Position numbers and translations under genes: made by a program. Below the pieces are notes generated by a model. The model had not been told where the DNA came from and did no database searches. It worked only from the letters and a program-made list of their open reading frames with translations. Positions 9,279-17,915 of a stretch of DNA of 31,069 nucleotides are shown in pieces (positions within the stretch are counted from its first letter, which is position 1; each line of letters starts with the position of its first letter). The stretch is taken from NCBI GenBank assembly GCA_038893995.1, contig JAWAQK010000028.1:1-31069 (forward strand). The letters are read 5' to 3'. The DNA is from Candidatus Thorarchaeota archaeon. GTDB lineage: Archaea; Asgardarchaeota; Thorarchaeia; Thorarchaeales; Thorarchaeaceae.

Positions 9279-9665
9279 ATGAGCGAGAATAGCGATCGAG
9301 ATCAAACTCCCGTCGAAGAGGTCTTGAGCAAGGAAGCAGAGAAACCTTCAGAAGAGAAGCCAGTCGAGAGTGTCACTGCACCTCCAGCTGAAGTACCAGA
9401 GGAGGAAATTGTGGAGGAGAGAATCTACACGGTACCTCTCAGAAGGTTGTTCTGGACCGGGAGCAGATTGCGCAGGTCTAGCCGCGCAATACGGGCGATC
9501 AGGGAGTTCGTCACAAGGCACATGAAGCCAGAGCAACTCCTGATAGAGAAAGAGGTCAATGAGAGGATCTGGAGCAGGGGAATTCAGAAACCACCTCGAA
9601 AGATAAGGGTTAGAGTGACCAAGAACTCTGAGAATCTTGTAAGAGTGTATCTGGCCGAGGGATGA
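9279..9665 (+). CDS. rpl31e: 50S ribosomal protein L31e with acidic N-terminal extension
   Basis: EERIYTVPL...RAIRAIREF..RHMK...NERIWSRGIQKPPRKIRV. Confidence 0.95.
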   Translation: MSENSDRDQTPVEEVLSKEAEKPSEEKPVESVTAPPAEVPEEEIVEERIYTVPLRRLFWTGSRLRRSSRAIRAIREFVTRHMKPEQLLIEKEVNERIWSRGIQKPPRKIRVRVTKNSENLVRVYLAEG

Positions 9666-9669
9666 CCCT

Positions 9670-10338
9670 GTGACGGTCGTCCGGACTGACTTTGAGGGAG
9701 AACCAAACATTGGCGCATTCTGCATAGCGACCGATAGCTTTGTACTTGTATCGTCCAACGTATCAGACAAGTCACTTGCCCTGTTGGAGCAAGTATTTGG
9801 ACTCCCTATCGTCCAGTCAACTGTGGCCACACTCGATGCCGTCGGAATAATGTGTGCTGCGAATTCACATGGCATCGTCGTTCCGTATACAACTACGGAT
9901 GAGGAATTGTCTGGGCTCAGAAGATCCGTCGACGTAACAGTCGAGTGGATTGACAGCAAGATGACGGCCATGGGCAACATAATAATGGTCAATGACAAGG
10001 GTGCATTATGTCACCCAGAGTTCGATGAGAGAGCAATCAGAGTGATAGCAGACACACTAGATGTAGAGGTGGTGAGAGGGACGGTTGCCAAGTTACCTCT
10101 GGTCGGATCGGGCTCGGTAGCAACAAATAGGGGGGTCGTGACCCACCCCCTGGCGACCGATGACGAGATGACACGTATATCAGAGGTCCTCGGGGTTAAC
10201 GTAGAGGTCGGAACTGTCAATCGGGGAAGTCCCTATCCGAGGCTAGGTGTCATAGCCAACTCGGTCGGAATGATAGCAGGGTCCGAAACGACCGGAGTTG
10301 AACTTGCACATATATCACAGGTACTAGGACTGACATGA
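9670..10338 (+). CDS. eif6: Translation initiation factor 6 (aIF6)
   Basis: G.PNIG, ANSHG, GNIIMVNDKGA, GTVNRGSPY, GSETTGVEL; conserved context. Confidence 0.95.
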   Translation: MTVVRTDFEGEPNIGAFCIATDSFVLVSSNVSDKSLALLEQVFGLPIVQSTVATLDAVGIMCAANSHGIVVPYTTTDEELSGLRRSVDVTVEWIDSKMTAMGNIIMVNDKGALCHPEFDERAIRVIADTLDVEVVRGTVAKLPLVGSGSVATNRGVVTHPLATDDEMTRISEVLGVNVEVGTVNRGSPYPRLGVIANSVGMIAGSETTGVELAHISQVLGLT

Positions 10339-10589
10339 GCGGAGGGATCCAAATGGTGAAAATCTGGCGTGTATCTGGCGCATACAAGAAAAACAAGAAA
10401 CTGATAGCGTTTTCCAAGGAGCTGTTGGCAGAGAAGGAGTCAATCGTCAGGGAGAGAGTACTATCCGACATAGGTAGCAGACACAGGGTGAAGCGAAGGG
10501 ATATTGTAATGAACGAGATAAGAGAGATTCAGACTGATGAGGTAATCAATCCTGACATCAGAAGGATCCTGAGTCTGGAGAGTAAGTGA
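10335..10589 (+). CDS. rpl18a: 50S ribosomal protein L18a/LX (eL20)
   Basis: FSKE..A...RERVLSDIGSRHRVKR..I; start may be ATG 10353. Confidence 0.92.
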   Translation: MSGGIQMVKIWRVSGAYKKNKKLIAFSKELLAEKESIVRERVLSDIGSRHRVKRRDIVMNEIREIQTDEVINPDIRRILSLESK

Positions 10590-11029
10590 TGATGTCCGAG
10601 GACTTGCATAAGACCCTCCAGCGAATAAGGTCTGAACAGAGGTTGGTAGCATCGAACATCGAGGTCCTGCAGCAACAGATTGACATGGTGCGCCTGAACG
10701 TCATGAACTACAGGACCGGCCTGGGGGTGCTACAGGAGCTAAGGACTGCGGCCCTCGATGAGGATGTCCTTCTGAATATCGGAGGGTCTATCCTCGTCCG
10801 GTGTAGACTATCAAGTGAAAACAGGGTGGCACGAGACATCGGAAGTGGAGTCAGAATAGAATCCACGATCGAGGAGGCGGAGAGTGATCTCAGGGCGCGA
10901 GTAGAAGCGCTGGAGAAGAAACTTGAGGAACTCATCGGAGAATACAGGAGGCACACCGAGTACGCCCTTACACTGAGCGCAATGCTACAACAGGCATCCG
11001 CGAGAGCAAGCACGAACCCGGAGGGTTGA
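10586..11029 (+). CDS. pfdA: Prefoldin alpha subunit
   Basis: Coiled coils flanking VLLNIGGS...DIGSGVRIESTIEEA; conserved position before ftsY. Confidence 0.88.
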   Translation: MMMSEDLHKTLQRIRSEQRLVASNIEVLQQQIDMVRLNVMNYRTGLGVLQELRTAALDEDVLLNIGGSILVRCRLSSENRVARDIGSGVRIESTIEEAESDLRARVEALEKKLEELIGEYRRHTEYALTLSAMLQQASARASTNPEG

Positions 11030-11032
11030 TCC

Positions 11033-11941
11033 GTGTTCGACCGGCTGCGTCAAGCAATCGACACAACACTGACGAAGATAACCACACGGGAACTGAACGA
11101 GAATAATCTGAGTGATGCAATCTGGGAACTTCAGCTTGTGCTAGTACAGAACGATGTGGCAGTTGAGGTCGCAGAACATGTCTGCAATGCCACAATGCAA
11201 AGGATACTCGGAAGCAGGGCGGGGCGACTTGAAAGAACTTCAAGAATCTTCAGAGAAGCAGTATACCAGTCCGTTCTCGAGGTGTTGAGCGTAAAGCCTG
11301 ACCTTGACCCCCTGGCAGTTGTGGCTGACCGACATGCCCGCCGTGAAACCACGGTGATCATGTTCGTTGGTGTCAATGGTACGGGGAAGACGACAACCCT
11401 TGCAAAGATCGCAAATCTATGCAAGACTGCAGGATACAGTGTCGTGATTGCTGCCTCAGACACCTACCGGGCAGGAAGTATAGAACAGCTGGAGAAACAT
11501 GCCCAGAATCTGAAGGTGGAGATCATCAAACAGCACTACGGTGCGGATGCCGCAGCAGTAGCCTATGACACTATTGCTCACGCCCGAGCTAGAAGAATAG
11601 ATGTTGTTCTAATAGACACAGCAGGGAGAATGCAGAGCAACAAGAACCTCCTCGCCGAGATGCAGAAGATAGCCCGTGTCTCACAGCCAAACATCAAGAT
11701 ATTCGTCGGAGATTCACTCGCTGGCAACGACGCAGTATCCCAGGCAAGAGAGTTTAATCAGGCCATTGAGATAGACGGGACAATACTCACAAAAATCGAT
11801 GCAGACCCGAGCGGCGGTGCTGCGCTATCGATTGCGTTTGTTACGGGAAAACCGATCATGTACGTGTGCACGGGTCAAGGTTATGACGACATAGAGAGAT
11901 TCAGCCCAGAAAGGTTCGCCAGTCGAATCGTCCCGGTTTAG
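11033..11941 (+). CDS. ftsY: Signal recognition particle receptor FtsY
   Basis: GVNGTGKTTT, DTYRAG, DTAGR and TKID GTPase motifs. Confidence 0.97.
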   Translation: MFDRLRQAIDTTLTKITTRELNENNLSDAIWELQLVLVQNDVAVEVAEHVCNATMQRILGSRAGRLERTSRIFREAVYQSVLEVLSVKPDLDPLAVVADRHARRETTVIMFVGVNGTGKTTTLAKIANLCKTAGYSVVIAASDTYRAGSIEQLEKHAQNLKVEIIKQHYGADAAAVAYDTIAHARARRIDVVLIDTAGRMQSNKNLLAEMQKIARVSQPNIKIFVGDSLAGNDAVSQAREFNQAIEIDGTILTKIDADPSGGAALSIAFVTGKPIMYVCTGQGYDDIERFSPERFASRIVPV

Positions 11942-12010
11942 CTAGAGAAGGCAGTTTTATTACATCATTGTAGCAGCGGGACTGCAACAATCTGAAAGGG
12001 TGTCAGAGAA

Positions 12011-12937
12011 TTGAGCCTTAAGGGTAGAGACTTTCTCGACGAGCATGACTTCAGACGGCACGAACTGAGACTGATACTGGATACTGCACATGATCTGAAG
12101 AGAAAGCAACACATGCGGGAGCCACACGAACCTCTGAAAGGTAAGTCACTGGCCATGATATTCATGAAGCCATCGACCAGGACCAGAGTTTCATTTGAGG
12201 TAGGAATGACACAGCTCGGGGGTCATGCCTTGTACTTGGAAACTGGCGGAACCCAGCTTGGTCGAGGCGAAACAATCGCCGACACTGCCAGAGTGCTGAG
12301 CAGGTATTGTGATGTGATCATGGCCAGGGTGTTTGCCCATAAGGACGTGACAGATCTGGCTGAGTATGCCTCCGTACCCGTGATCAACGGTCTGTCAGAC
12401 TTGCTTCACCCCTGTCAGATAATGGCTGATCTGTTGACCATAGAGGAGCACAAGGGAGGACTGGAGGGCCTCAAGATCGCATATGTGGGCGACTCTAATA
12501 ATGTGAGTAACTCAATAATGCAGGGCTGTACCATCATGGGACTAGATGTCACAATTGGTTCTCCGAAGGGGTACGAACCACTCCCCATGATAGTAGAGAG
12601 AGCAACTACTCTGAGCCAAGAATACGGTACGTCTCTCAGGATAGTCAATAGCCCAACAGAGGCTGTCAGGGATGCCGACGTCATCTACACCGACACCTTC
12701 TTCAGTATGGGACAGGAGAGAAGCAAGGAAAAGGAGACAGCCCTGATGCCATACCAGGTGAACGAGCGCCTCGTTGCATCTGCCAAGAAGGACGTGATAG
12801 TCATGCATTGCTTACCAGCACACAGGGGAGAGGAGATTGTCGATGCCGTCATGGATGGGCCGCATAGCGTAGTCTTTGACCAGGCAGAGAACCGATTGCA
12901 TGCCCAGAAGGCAATACTCTCTCTGATCGTCCCCTGA
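12011..12937 (+). CDS. argF: Ornithine carbamoyltransferase
   Basis: KPSTRTRVSF, HPCQ, SMG, HCLP and QAENR motifs. Confidence 0.96.
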   Translation: MSLKGRDFLDEHDFRRHELRLILDTAHDLKRKQHMREPHEPLKGKSLAMIFMKPSTRTRVSFEVGMTQLGGHALYLETGGTQLGRGETIADTARVLSRYCDVIMARVFAHKDVTDLAEYASVPVINGLSDLLHPCQIMADLLTIEEHKGGLEGLKIAYVGDSNNVSNSIMQGCTIMGLDVTIGSPKGYEPLPMIVERATTLSQEYGTSLRIVNSPTEAVRDADVIYTDTFFSMGQERSKEKETALMPYQVNERLVASAKKDVIVMHCLPAHRGEEIVDAVMDGPHSVVFDQAENRLHAQKAILSLIVP

Positions 12938-13908
12938 TGACTGAGGTGTCCACTCGCTTGTCACTTGAGGTCTTGTCAATCGGAAAGGTCAACATTGACG
13001 TGGTCCTACGCGTGGAAGACCTCGCGCGGACGGACCAACATCTCTTCAGCCACGAGGGGTACATCTCGTTTGGAGGGTCAGCAGCAAACTTCGCCACACA
13101 GTCGGCGAAGCTCGGGGTCAAGACTGGGCTGTTCTGTTGCATAGGTTCGGATCTGTATGGGAAAATGGTGCTGAGAGAACTGTCGAGGGTAGGAGTTGAC
13201 ACACGTCACGTACTCGTCCTCGAGAACCAAGACACGGGAATCTTCGTCCATATCAGTGACAAGAAATCCTGTGAGCTCATAGTAGTTGAACCAGGTGCAA
13301 ACAGATTCCTTGAGAAACGTGCCTTGGACGAGAGCGGAATGGAGAATGTCAGGACCATCCACGTTGCTGGTGCCTTTCCAAACATGGCATTGATGGCTGC
13401 ACAGTTTGCAACAGTGAACGGCATTGTCTTCTCCCTCGATCCAGGCCGTGCTGCTGCATCTCTGGACTACGGAAGACTACTCCAGTGTACAGACATTCTA
13501 TTCGTGAACGAGAAAGAGCTGCACGACTACTTTGGTCTGAGTGTGGTCGAGTCGGACCTCAAGAACTTTGCAAAGACATTTCCAGGTGTCCTGGTCGTGA
13601 AGAGAGGCGGACATGGTGCGGTCGCAACAGATGGTTTCGAGTACTACTACTCACCTGCTTTTGAGGTGGATGTTGTGGACACCGTAGGTGCGGGTGACTC
13701 GTTTGACGCTGCCTTCGTTGCTACATGGACTAGGACAGAGAGAATAGATGAGGCACTCAACATTGCCAACGCTGCTGCTGCCCTGACGGTCAGTGAGCGG
13801 GGAGCTCAGGAAGGACAGCCCTCGTTTCAGGAGATCACTAGGCTACTGGCTGAACAGGGAACCGCTTCAGAGGAAATGGTCAGGACGTTGAACAAGAAAG
13901 CAAGGTAG
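12937..13908 (+). CDS. PfkB/ribokinase-family carbohydrate kinase
   Basis: GGSAAN, NEKE and DTVGAGDSF motifs; translationally coupled to argF (TGATG). Confidence 0.92.
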   Translation: MTEVSTRLSLEVLSIGKVNIDVVLRVEDLARTDQHLFSHEGYISFGGSAANFATQSAKLGVKTGLFCCIGSDLYGKMVLRELSRVGVDTRHVLVLENQDTGIFVHISDKKSCELIVVEPGANRFLEKRALDESGMENVRTIHVAGAFPNMALMAAQFATVNGIVFSLDPGRAAASLDYGRLLQCTDILFVNEKELHDYFGLSVVESDLKNFAKTFPGVLVVKRGGHGAVATDGFEYYYSPAFEVDVVDTVGAGDSFDAAFVATWTRTERIDEALNIANAAAALTVSERGAQEGQPSFQEITRLLAEQGTASEEMVRTLNKKAR

Positions 13909-13996
13909 GATCTCTCAGGCCCATATTACGTGGGTAGCATTCCAGTTTTTGTTAGTGCTCTACAACCCAGCAATAGCAACAGAAGAGGGTTTCATC

Positions 13997-15151
13997 ATGC
14001 ATCCAATCCTGGAAGAAGTTCTGAGTAGTTCGGCGTCATCGCGGCGAGATGCACATCTTAGAGTTTCTAGGAGGCCTACAAGAGGAGGAGTAACTGACGA
14101 GGAGCTTGCAGGCCTACTCGAAAGCGTGACCTCAAAGATACTCGTAGTGGGAGTTGGCGGCGCTGGAAACAACGCGATAACAAGACTCATGGAAGTAGGC
14201 ATTGAGGGCGCAGAAACGCTATCTGTCAATACTGATGCTCAGGACTTGTTCTATACAAACTCGAACTACAAGATACTGATCGGTCGAGAGACCTGCGGTG
14301 GTCTTGGTGCAGGAAATGATCCTGACGTGGGAGAGGCCGCAGCAATCGAGAGCTATGACATTCTCAAGGAGGCAACGAGGGCGGACCTTGTCTTTATCAC
14401 GGCGGGAATGGGTGGAGGAACGGGAACAGGTGCCTCAGCGCATGTTGCCAGGGCCGCCAAGGAAAATGGCGCACTCACAGTCGCAATTGTCTGTCTGCCG
14501 TTTGAGGTTGAGGGATCAGTCAGGAAAAGGAATGCTGCACGGGGACTGAATGCGCTCATGCAGCACGTCGACACTCTGATCGCAATTCCAAATGAGAAGC
14601 TGTTGGAGATAGTTCCAGACCTTCCGATCTCGCAGGCATTCAGAGTGGCAGACGAGATACTCGTGAGAGCTGTAAAGGGAATCACCGAACTCATCTCCAG
14701 ACCAGGTCTAATCAACCTAGATTTTGCCGACGTTCGAAAGACAATGAAGAATGGAGGAGTGTCGATGATCGCTCTCGGGGAGGCGGAAGGCGAGAATCGA
14801 GCAGAGGAAGCCGTCAGGAATGCATTGCAGAATCCCCTGATCGATGTATCGATAGAGAACGCAAGAAATGTCCTAGTGAACGTAAGCGGAAGCGAGGGGC
14901 TCCAGCTGTGGGAGGTCAAGAGAGTGGTAGAGCTGGTGACTGAGCAGGTGAATCCCGATGCAGAGGTGATATACGGAGCGGTAATAATACCTGAGCTCGG
15001 GAACAGGATACGTGTCACCCTGATTGCCTCAGGTGTCTCATCTCCCTACATTCTCAAGTCGACTCCAGACCCAGTTCGGCCGCTCATTGACGACATCGGC
15101 ATGGAGTTTCACAAGTCTGAGGACAGTCATTGGTCACTCGATAAGGATTAA
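13997..15151 (+). CDS. ftsZ: Cell division protein FtsZ (secE/spt5-linked, FtsZ1-type context)
   Basis: GVGGAGNN, NTDAQ, GMGGGTGTG and INLDFADV motifs; start at ATG 13997. Confidence 0.96.
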   Translation: MHPILEEVLSSSASSRRDAHLRVSRRPTRGGVTDEELAGLLESVTSKILVVGVGGAGNNAITRLMEVGIEGAETLSVNTDAQDLFYTNSNYKILIGRETCGGLGAGNDPDVGEAAAIESYDILKEATRADLVFITAGMGGGTGTGASAHVARAAKENGALTVAIVCLPFEVEGSVRKRNAARGLNALMQHVDTLIAIPNEKLLEIVPDLPISQAFRVADEILVRAVKGITELISRPGLINLDFADVRKTMKNGGVSMIALGEAEGENRAEEAVRNALQNPLIDVSIENARNVLVNVSGSEGLQLWEVKRVVELVTEQVNPDAEVIYGAVIIPELGNRIRVTLIASGVSSPYILKSTPDPVRPLIDDIGMEFHKSEDSHWSLDKD

Positions 15152-15224
15152 AAGGGAACATCGCAATGGGCTCGATGGTTCACGATCCAAATACGGTAGT
15201 CGTGAATAGGAAAGCTGAAGGTAC

Positions 15225-15398
15225 ATGGGTCTTAGCAAGTTCATCAGTGACAGCAGGAGGATATTGAAGCTTGCAACCAGGCCATCAAGGGAAGAGATGT
15301 CCATGAGCCTCAAGATAAGCCTCCTTGCGATGTTTCTAGTAGGCTTCCTCAGTTTCGTGATTCAGCTAGTGATGACTCTGATCACCACAGGATGGTGA
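15225..15398 (+). CDS. secE: Protein translocase subunit SecE/Sec61-gamma (not in the ORF track)
   Basis: Manual translation MGLSKFISDSRRILKLATRPSREEMSMSLKISLLAMFLVGFLSFVIQLVMTLITTGW; lies between ftsZ and spt5. Confidence 0.93.
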   Translation: MGLSKFISDSRRILKLATRPSREEMSMSLKISLLAMFLVGFLSFVIQLVMTLITTGW

Positions 15399-15423
15399 CA
15401 GCCAAGAAACGAAGGGACACGCA

Positions 15424-16092
15424 ATGCGAACGAGTATCTATGCCGTGCGTACCACAATAGGCCAGGAAAGATCGGTTACGGATCTGGTAACCACAGCAGT
15501 AATAGGGGAGGAGGAGGCATGGGAGTGTCCCTACTGTCATGAGCAGTTTCCTTCCGAGATGCTCACTCGGAACCATATGAACAAGTGTTCGAAAAGAACT
15601 ACGGAGGTCGAACCGAAGGCCATTTCAAAGAACCCTCTCCTGGGGAGAGTCAAGGCAATCCTCGTACCTGAGACTCTAAGGGGATATGTGTTTATAGAAA
15701 CAGAGGAGTTCAGAGATGTCGAGATAGCAATTGCGGGGATTCCGCACGTGAGAGGAAGGGTCGGTGGAAAGGTAAGCCTAGCCGAGATTGATAAGTTTCT
15801 CCTACCCAAACCTGCTGCAGAGGGCATCGCCAGTGGAGACACAGTAGAGATTATCTCCGGGACGTTCAAGGGAGAACGAGCAAGAGTCAAGAGAGTCGAT
15901 TCAGCAAAGGAGGAACTTGTTCTCGAGCTGCTTGATAGTCCAGTAACGATACCGATTCGAGTACATGCTGACTTCGCAAAACTAGTCGAGAAGGGAAAGG
16001 CCGAGGAAGAGATCCCACAGGAACCGGCAGCTGAAGAAACTGGTTCTATGCCAAGCGAATCGGAGGAGGACGAGGACTCATTCTGGTCGTAA
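15424..16092 (+). CDS. spt5: Transcription elongation factor Spt5 (NusG) with a zinc-finger insertion and acidic tail
   Basis: IYAVRTTIGQE, LRGYVFIE and KOW motif GDTVEIISGTFKGERARV. Confidence 0.95.
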   Translation: MRTSIYAVRTTIGQERSVTDLVTTAVIGEEEAWECPYCHEQFPSEMLTRNHMNKCSKRTTEVEPKAISKNPLLGRVKAILVPETLRGYVFIETEEFRDVEIAIAGIPHVRGRVGGKVSLAEIDKFLLPKPAAEGIASGDTVEIISGTFKGERARVKRVDSAKEELVLELLDSPVTIPIRVHADFAKLVEKGKAEEEIPQEPAAEETGSMPSESEEDEDSFWS

Positions 16093-16547
16093 CGGGCCTA
16101 ACCCTGTGCCCGGATCGGCGACCAAGGCTCTACGAGGGCGCTAGATCGTAGACGCAATACGACTCATCCCAGGAAGAACACTCTTGTTGTGTACCAACCC
16201 CGAACATTCTGACGGCACCGTTGCCTAGAGGGATAGAAAACTATTCGCTTCGAATGTGGGGTCAAACTCTAGACTCGATAGGATCGCCCCGTGCACGTTG
16301 TGGATCCGTTGCCTTCAAGTCATTACTAGTGTGATACGACTCCAACGATTGGATGAACCCCGGTGGAAGCGATCCGCGCGAACTCTCCAATCATTACGTC
16401 ATGTGAGTCCAGAGATGGACCTGAGTTCGGAGCCATCACCTTCAGAGCTGGACCGGGAGTATCTTCAGGTGATAATCGGTACAGGTGCTCTAAGACACAC
16501 GTGGGGGAGCGGTGGTATGTGACCTGTCAGTGGTACATCCAAAACGG

Positions 16548-16554
16548 TTAAAAA
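16548..16554 (+). promoter_or_regulatory. Probable TATA box for the rpl11-rpl1-rpl10-rpl12 operon
   Basis: AAAACGG-TTAAAAA (BRE-like purines plus TATA) in an otherwise GC-balanced spacer. Confidence 0.5.
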
Positions 16555-16743
16555 GACGGGGATGTTGGGCGAGCCAACCTCCTCAATGTGATCTGACGCA
16601 AGACGTTCAGGTCAGGAGTGATGATGACGTGTTGATAGTAGATGCAGTAGACCCGCTGGGCAGAGATGGAAACCCTGCCACCCGGGGTCGCTCCGAAGAG
16701 TGTGTGCAGACGCACAGTCACTGCATCAGGAGATGTGATTCAG

Positions 16744-17247
16744 TTGAGTGAGAAGAAGGTCGTAGTAGAGGCAATGGTCGAGGGTGGAAAAGCCTCAGGA
16801 GGTCCGCCAATCGGTCCAGCCCTCGGCCCGACTGGAGTAAATGTGTTTGCAGTTGTCACAAAGATAAACGAGGTCACACAGCCCTTTGCTGGACTCAAGG
16901 TCCCAGTGAAGATTCATGTTGACCCCGTAACAAAGCAGTTTGAGGTTGAAGTAGGTATCCCCCCAACCAGTGCATTGATCCTGAGAGAGTTGGGTGCGTC
17001 TAAGGGGTCAGGAACACCCAATGCCGCCACTGTGGGTAATCTCACCATTGATCAGCTCAAGAGCATTGCAAAGACCAAGTCGTCGAATCTCTCTGCACTG
17101 GACCTGAAGGGAGCTATCATGACTGTTGCAGGTACGTGTGTTTCGATGGGAGTGACGATCGAGGGAAAACCCGCAAAGGAATTTCAGAGAGAGGTTCGAC
17201 AAGGCCTGTGGGACACTAGGCTCAATGAGCCCTTGAGGGAGGAGTGA
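16744..17247 (+). CDS. rpl11: 50S ribosomal protein L11 (uL11)
   Basis: VEGGKASGGPPIGPALGP, VGIPPTSAL, GTCVSMGV; TTG start 16744 after GGAGATGTGA. Confidence 0.96.
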   Translation: MSEKKVVVEAMVEGGKASGGPPIGPALGPTGVNVFAVVTKINEVTQPFAGLKVPVKIHVDPVTKQFEVEVGIPPTSALILRELGASKGSGTPNAATVGNLTIDQLKSIAKTKSSNLSALDLKGAIMTVAGTCVSMGVTIEGKPAKEFQREVRQGLWDTRLNEPLREE

Positions 17248-17252
17248 AAGAG

Positions 17253-17915
17253 ATGTCACTCAGTAGGAAAGACATCGAGCTGGCAGTCGCAGAGGCAAGA
17301 GGTAGGGGGAAAGAGCGCGGAATAAAGTTCGAACAGAGCTTTGACCTCTCAGTAAACTTCAGGCGAAAGGAGATGGATGTTTCCAGGCCTGAGAACAGGA
17401 TCAACCAGGAACTGGTTCTGCCAAACCCGCTGTACCCCCCCGCGAAGGTGTGCGCCTTTGGAGATGGCGAGTTTGCTCAGAAGGCTGCTGAGGCGGGAAC
17501 AGAGCAGGTAATACCGAAAGAGGACATACCCAAGATCGGAGGAGAGAAGAAGGCAAGACGAAGACTTGTCAAGAACTTCGACTTCTTCATAGCCTCTACC
17601 GAGACAATGCCTCTAGTGGGCCGCTATCTTGGACAGGCGCTCGGTTCAAGAGGGAAGATGCCAAAGCCGTTTCCACCCCAGGCAGACTTGTCGAATGTTG
17701 TTGCAAGCTACAAGAAGACCGTACGTATCAAGATGCGTAACACACCGACATTCCACGTCAAGGTCGGACATGAGAGGATGAGCGACTCCGAGATTGCTGA
17801 AAACATTGAGTCGGTACTGAGTTTCATTCAGAACAGAGGTCAATGGGACAAGGTCGGTAGTATCTATCTGAAGACCACAATGGGGCCCCCCGTGAGAATT
17901 GAAATCAGGAAGTGA
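17253..17915 (+). CDS. rpl1: 50S ribosomal protein L1 (uL1)
   Basis: FEQSFDL, GRYLG..LG.RGKMP, YLKTTMGP; alternative GTG start at 17244. Confidence 0.96.
   Translation: MSLSRKDIELAVAEARGRGKERGIKFEQSFDLSVNFRRKEMDVSRPENRINQELVLPNPLYPPAKVCAFGDGEFAQKAAEAGTEQVIPKEDIPKIGGEKKARRRLVKNFDFFIASTETMPLVGRYLGQALGSRGKMPKPFPPQADLSNVVASYKKTVRIKMRNTPTFHVKVGHERMSDSEIAENIESVLSFIQNRGQWDKVGSIYLKTTMGPPVRIEIRK

Noticed and set aside
16256-16751. Short ORFs in the spt5-rpl11 spacer
   Set aside because: No recognisable motifs, they overlap each other, and RNA structure explains the region better
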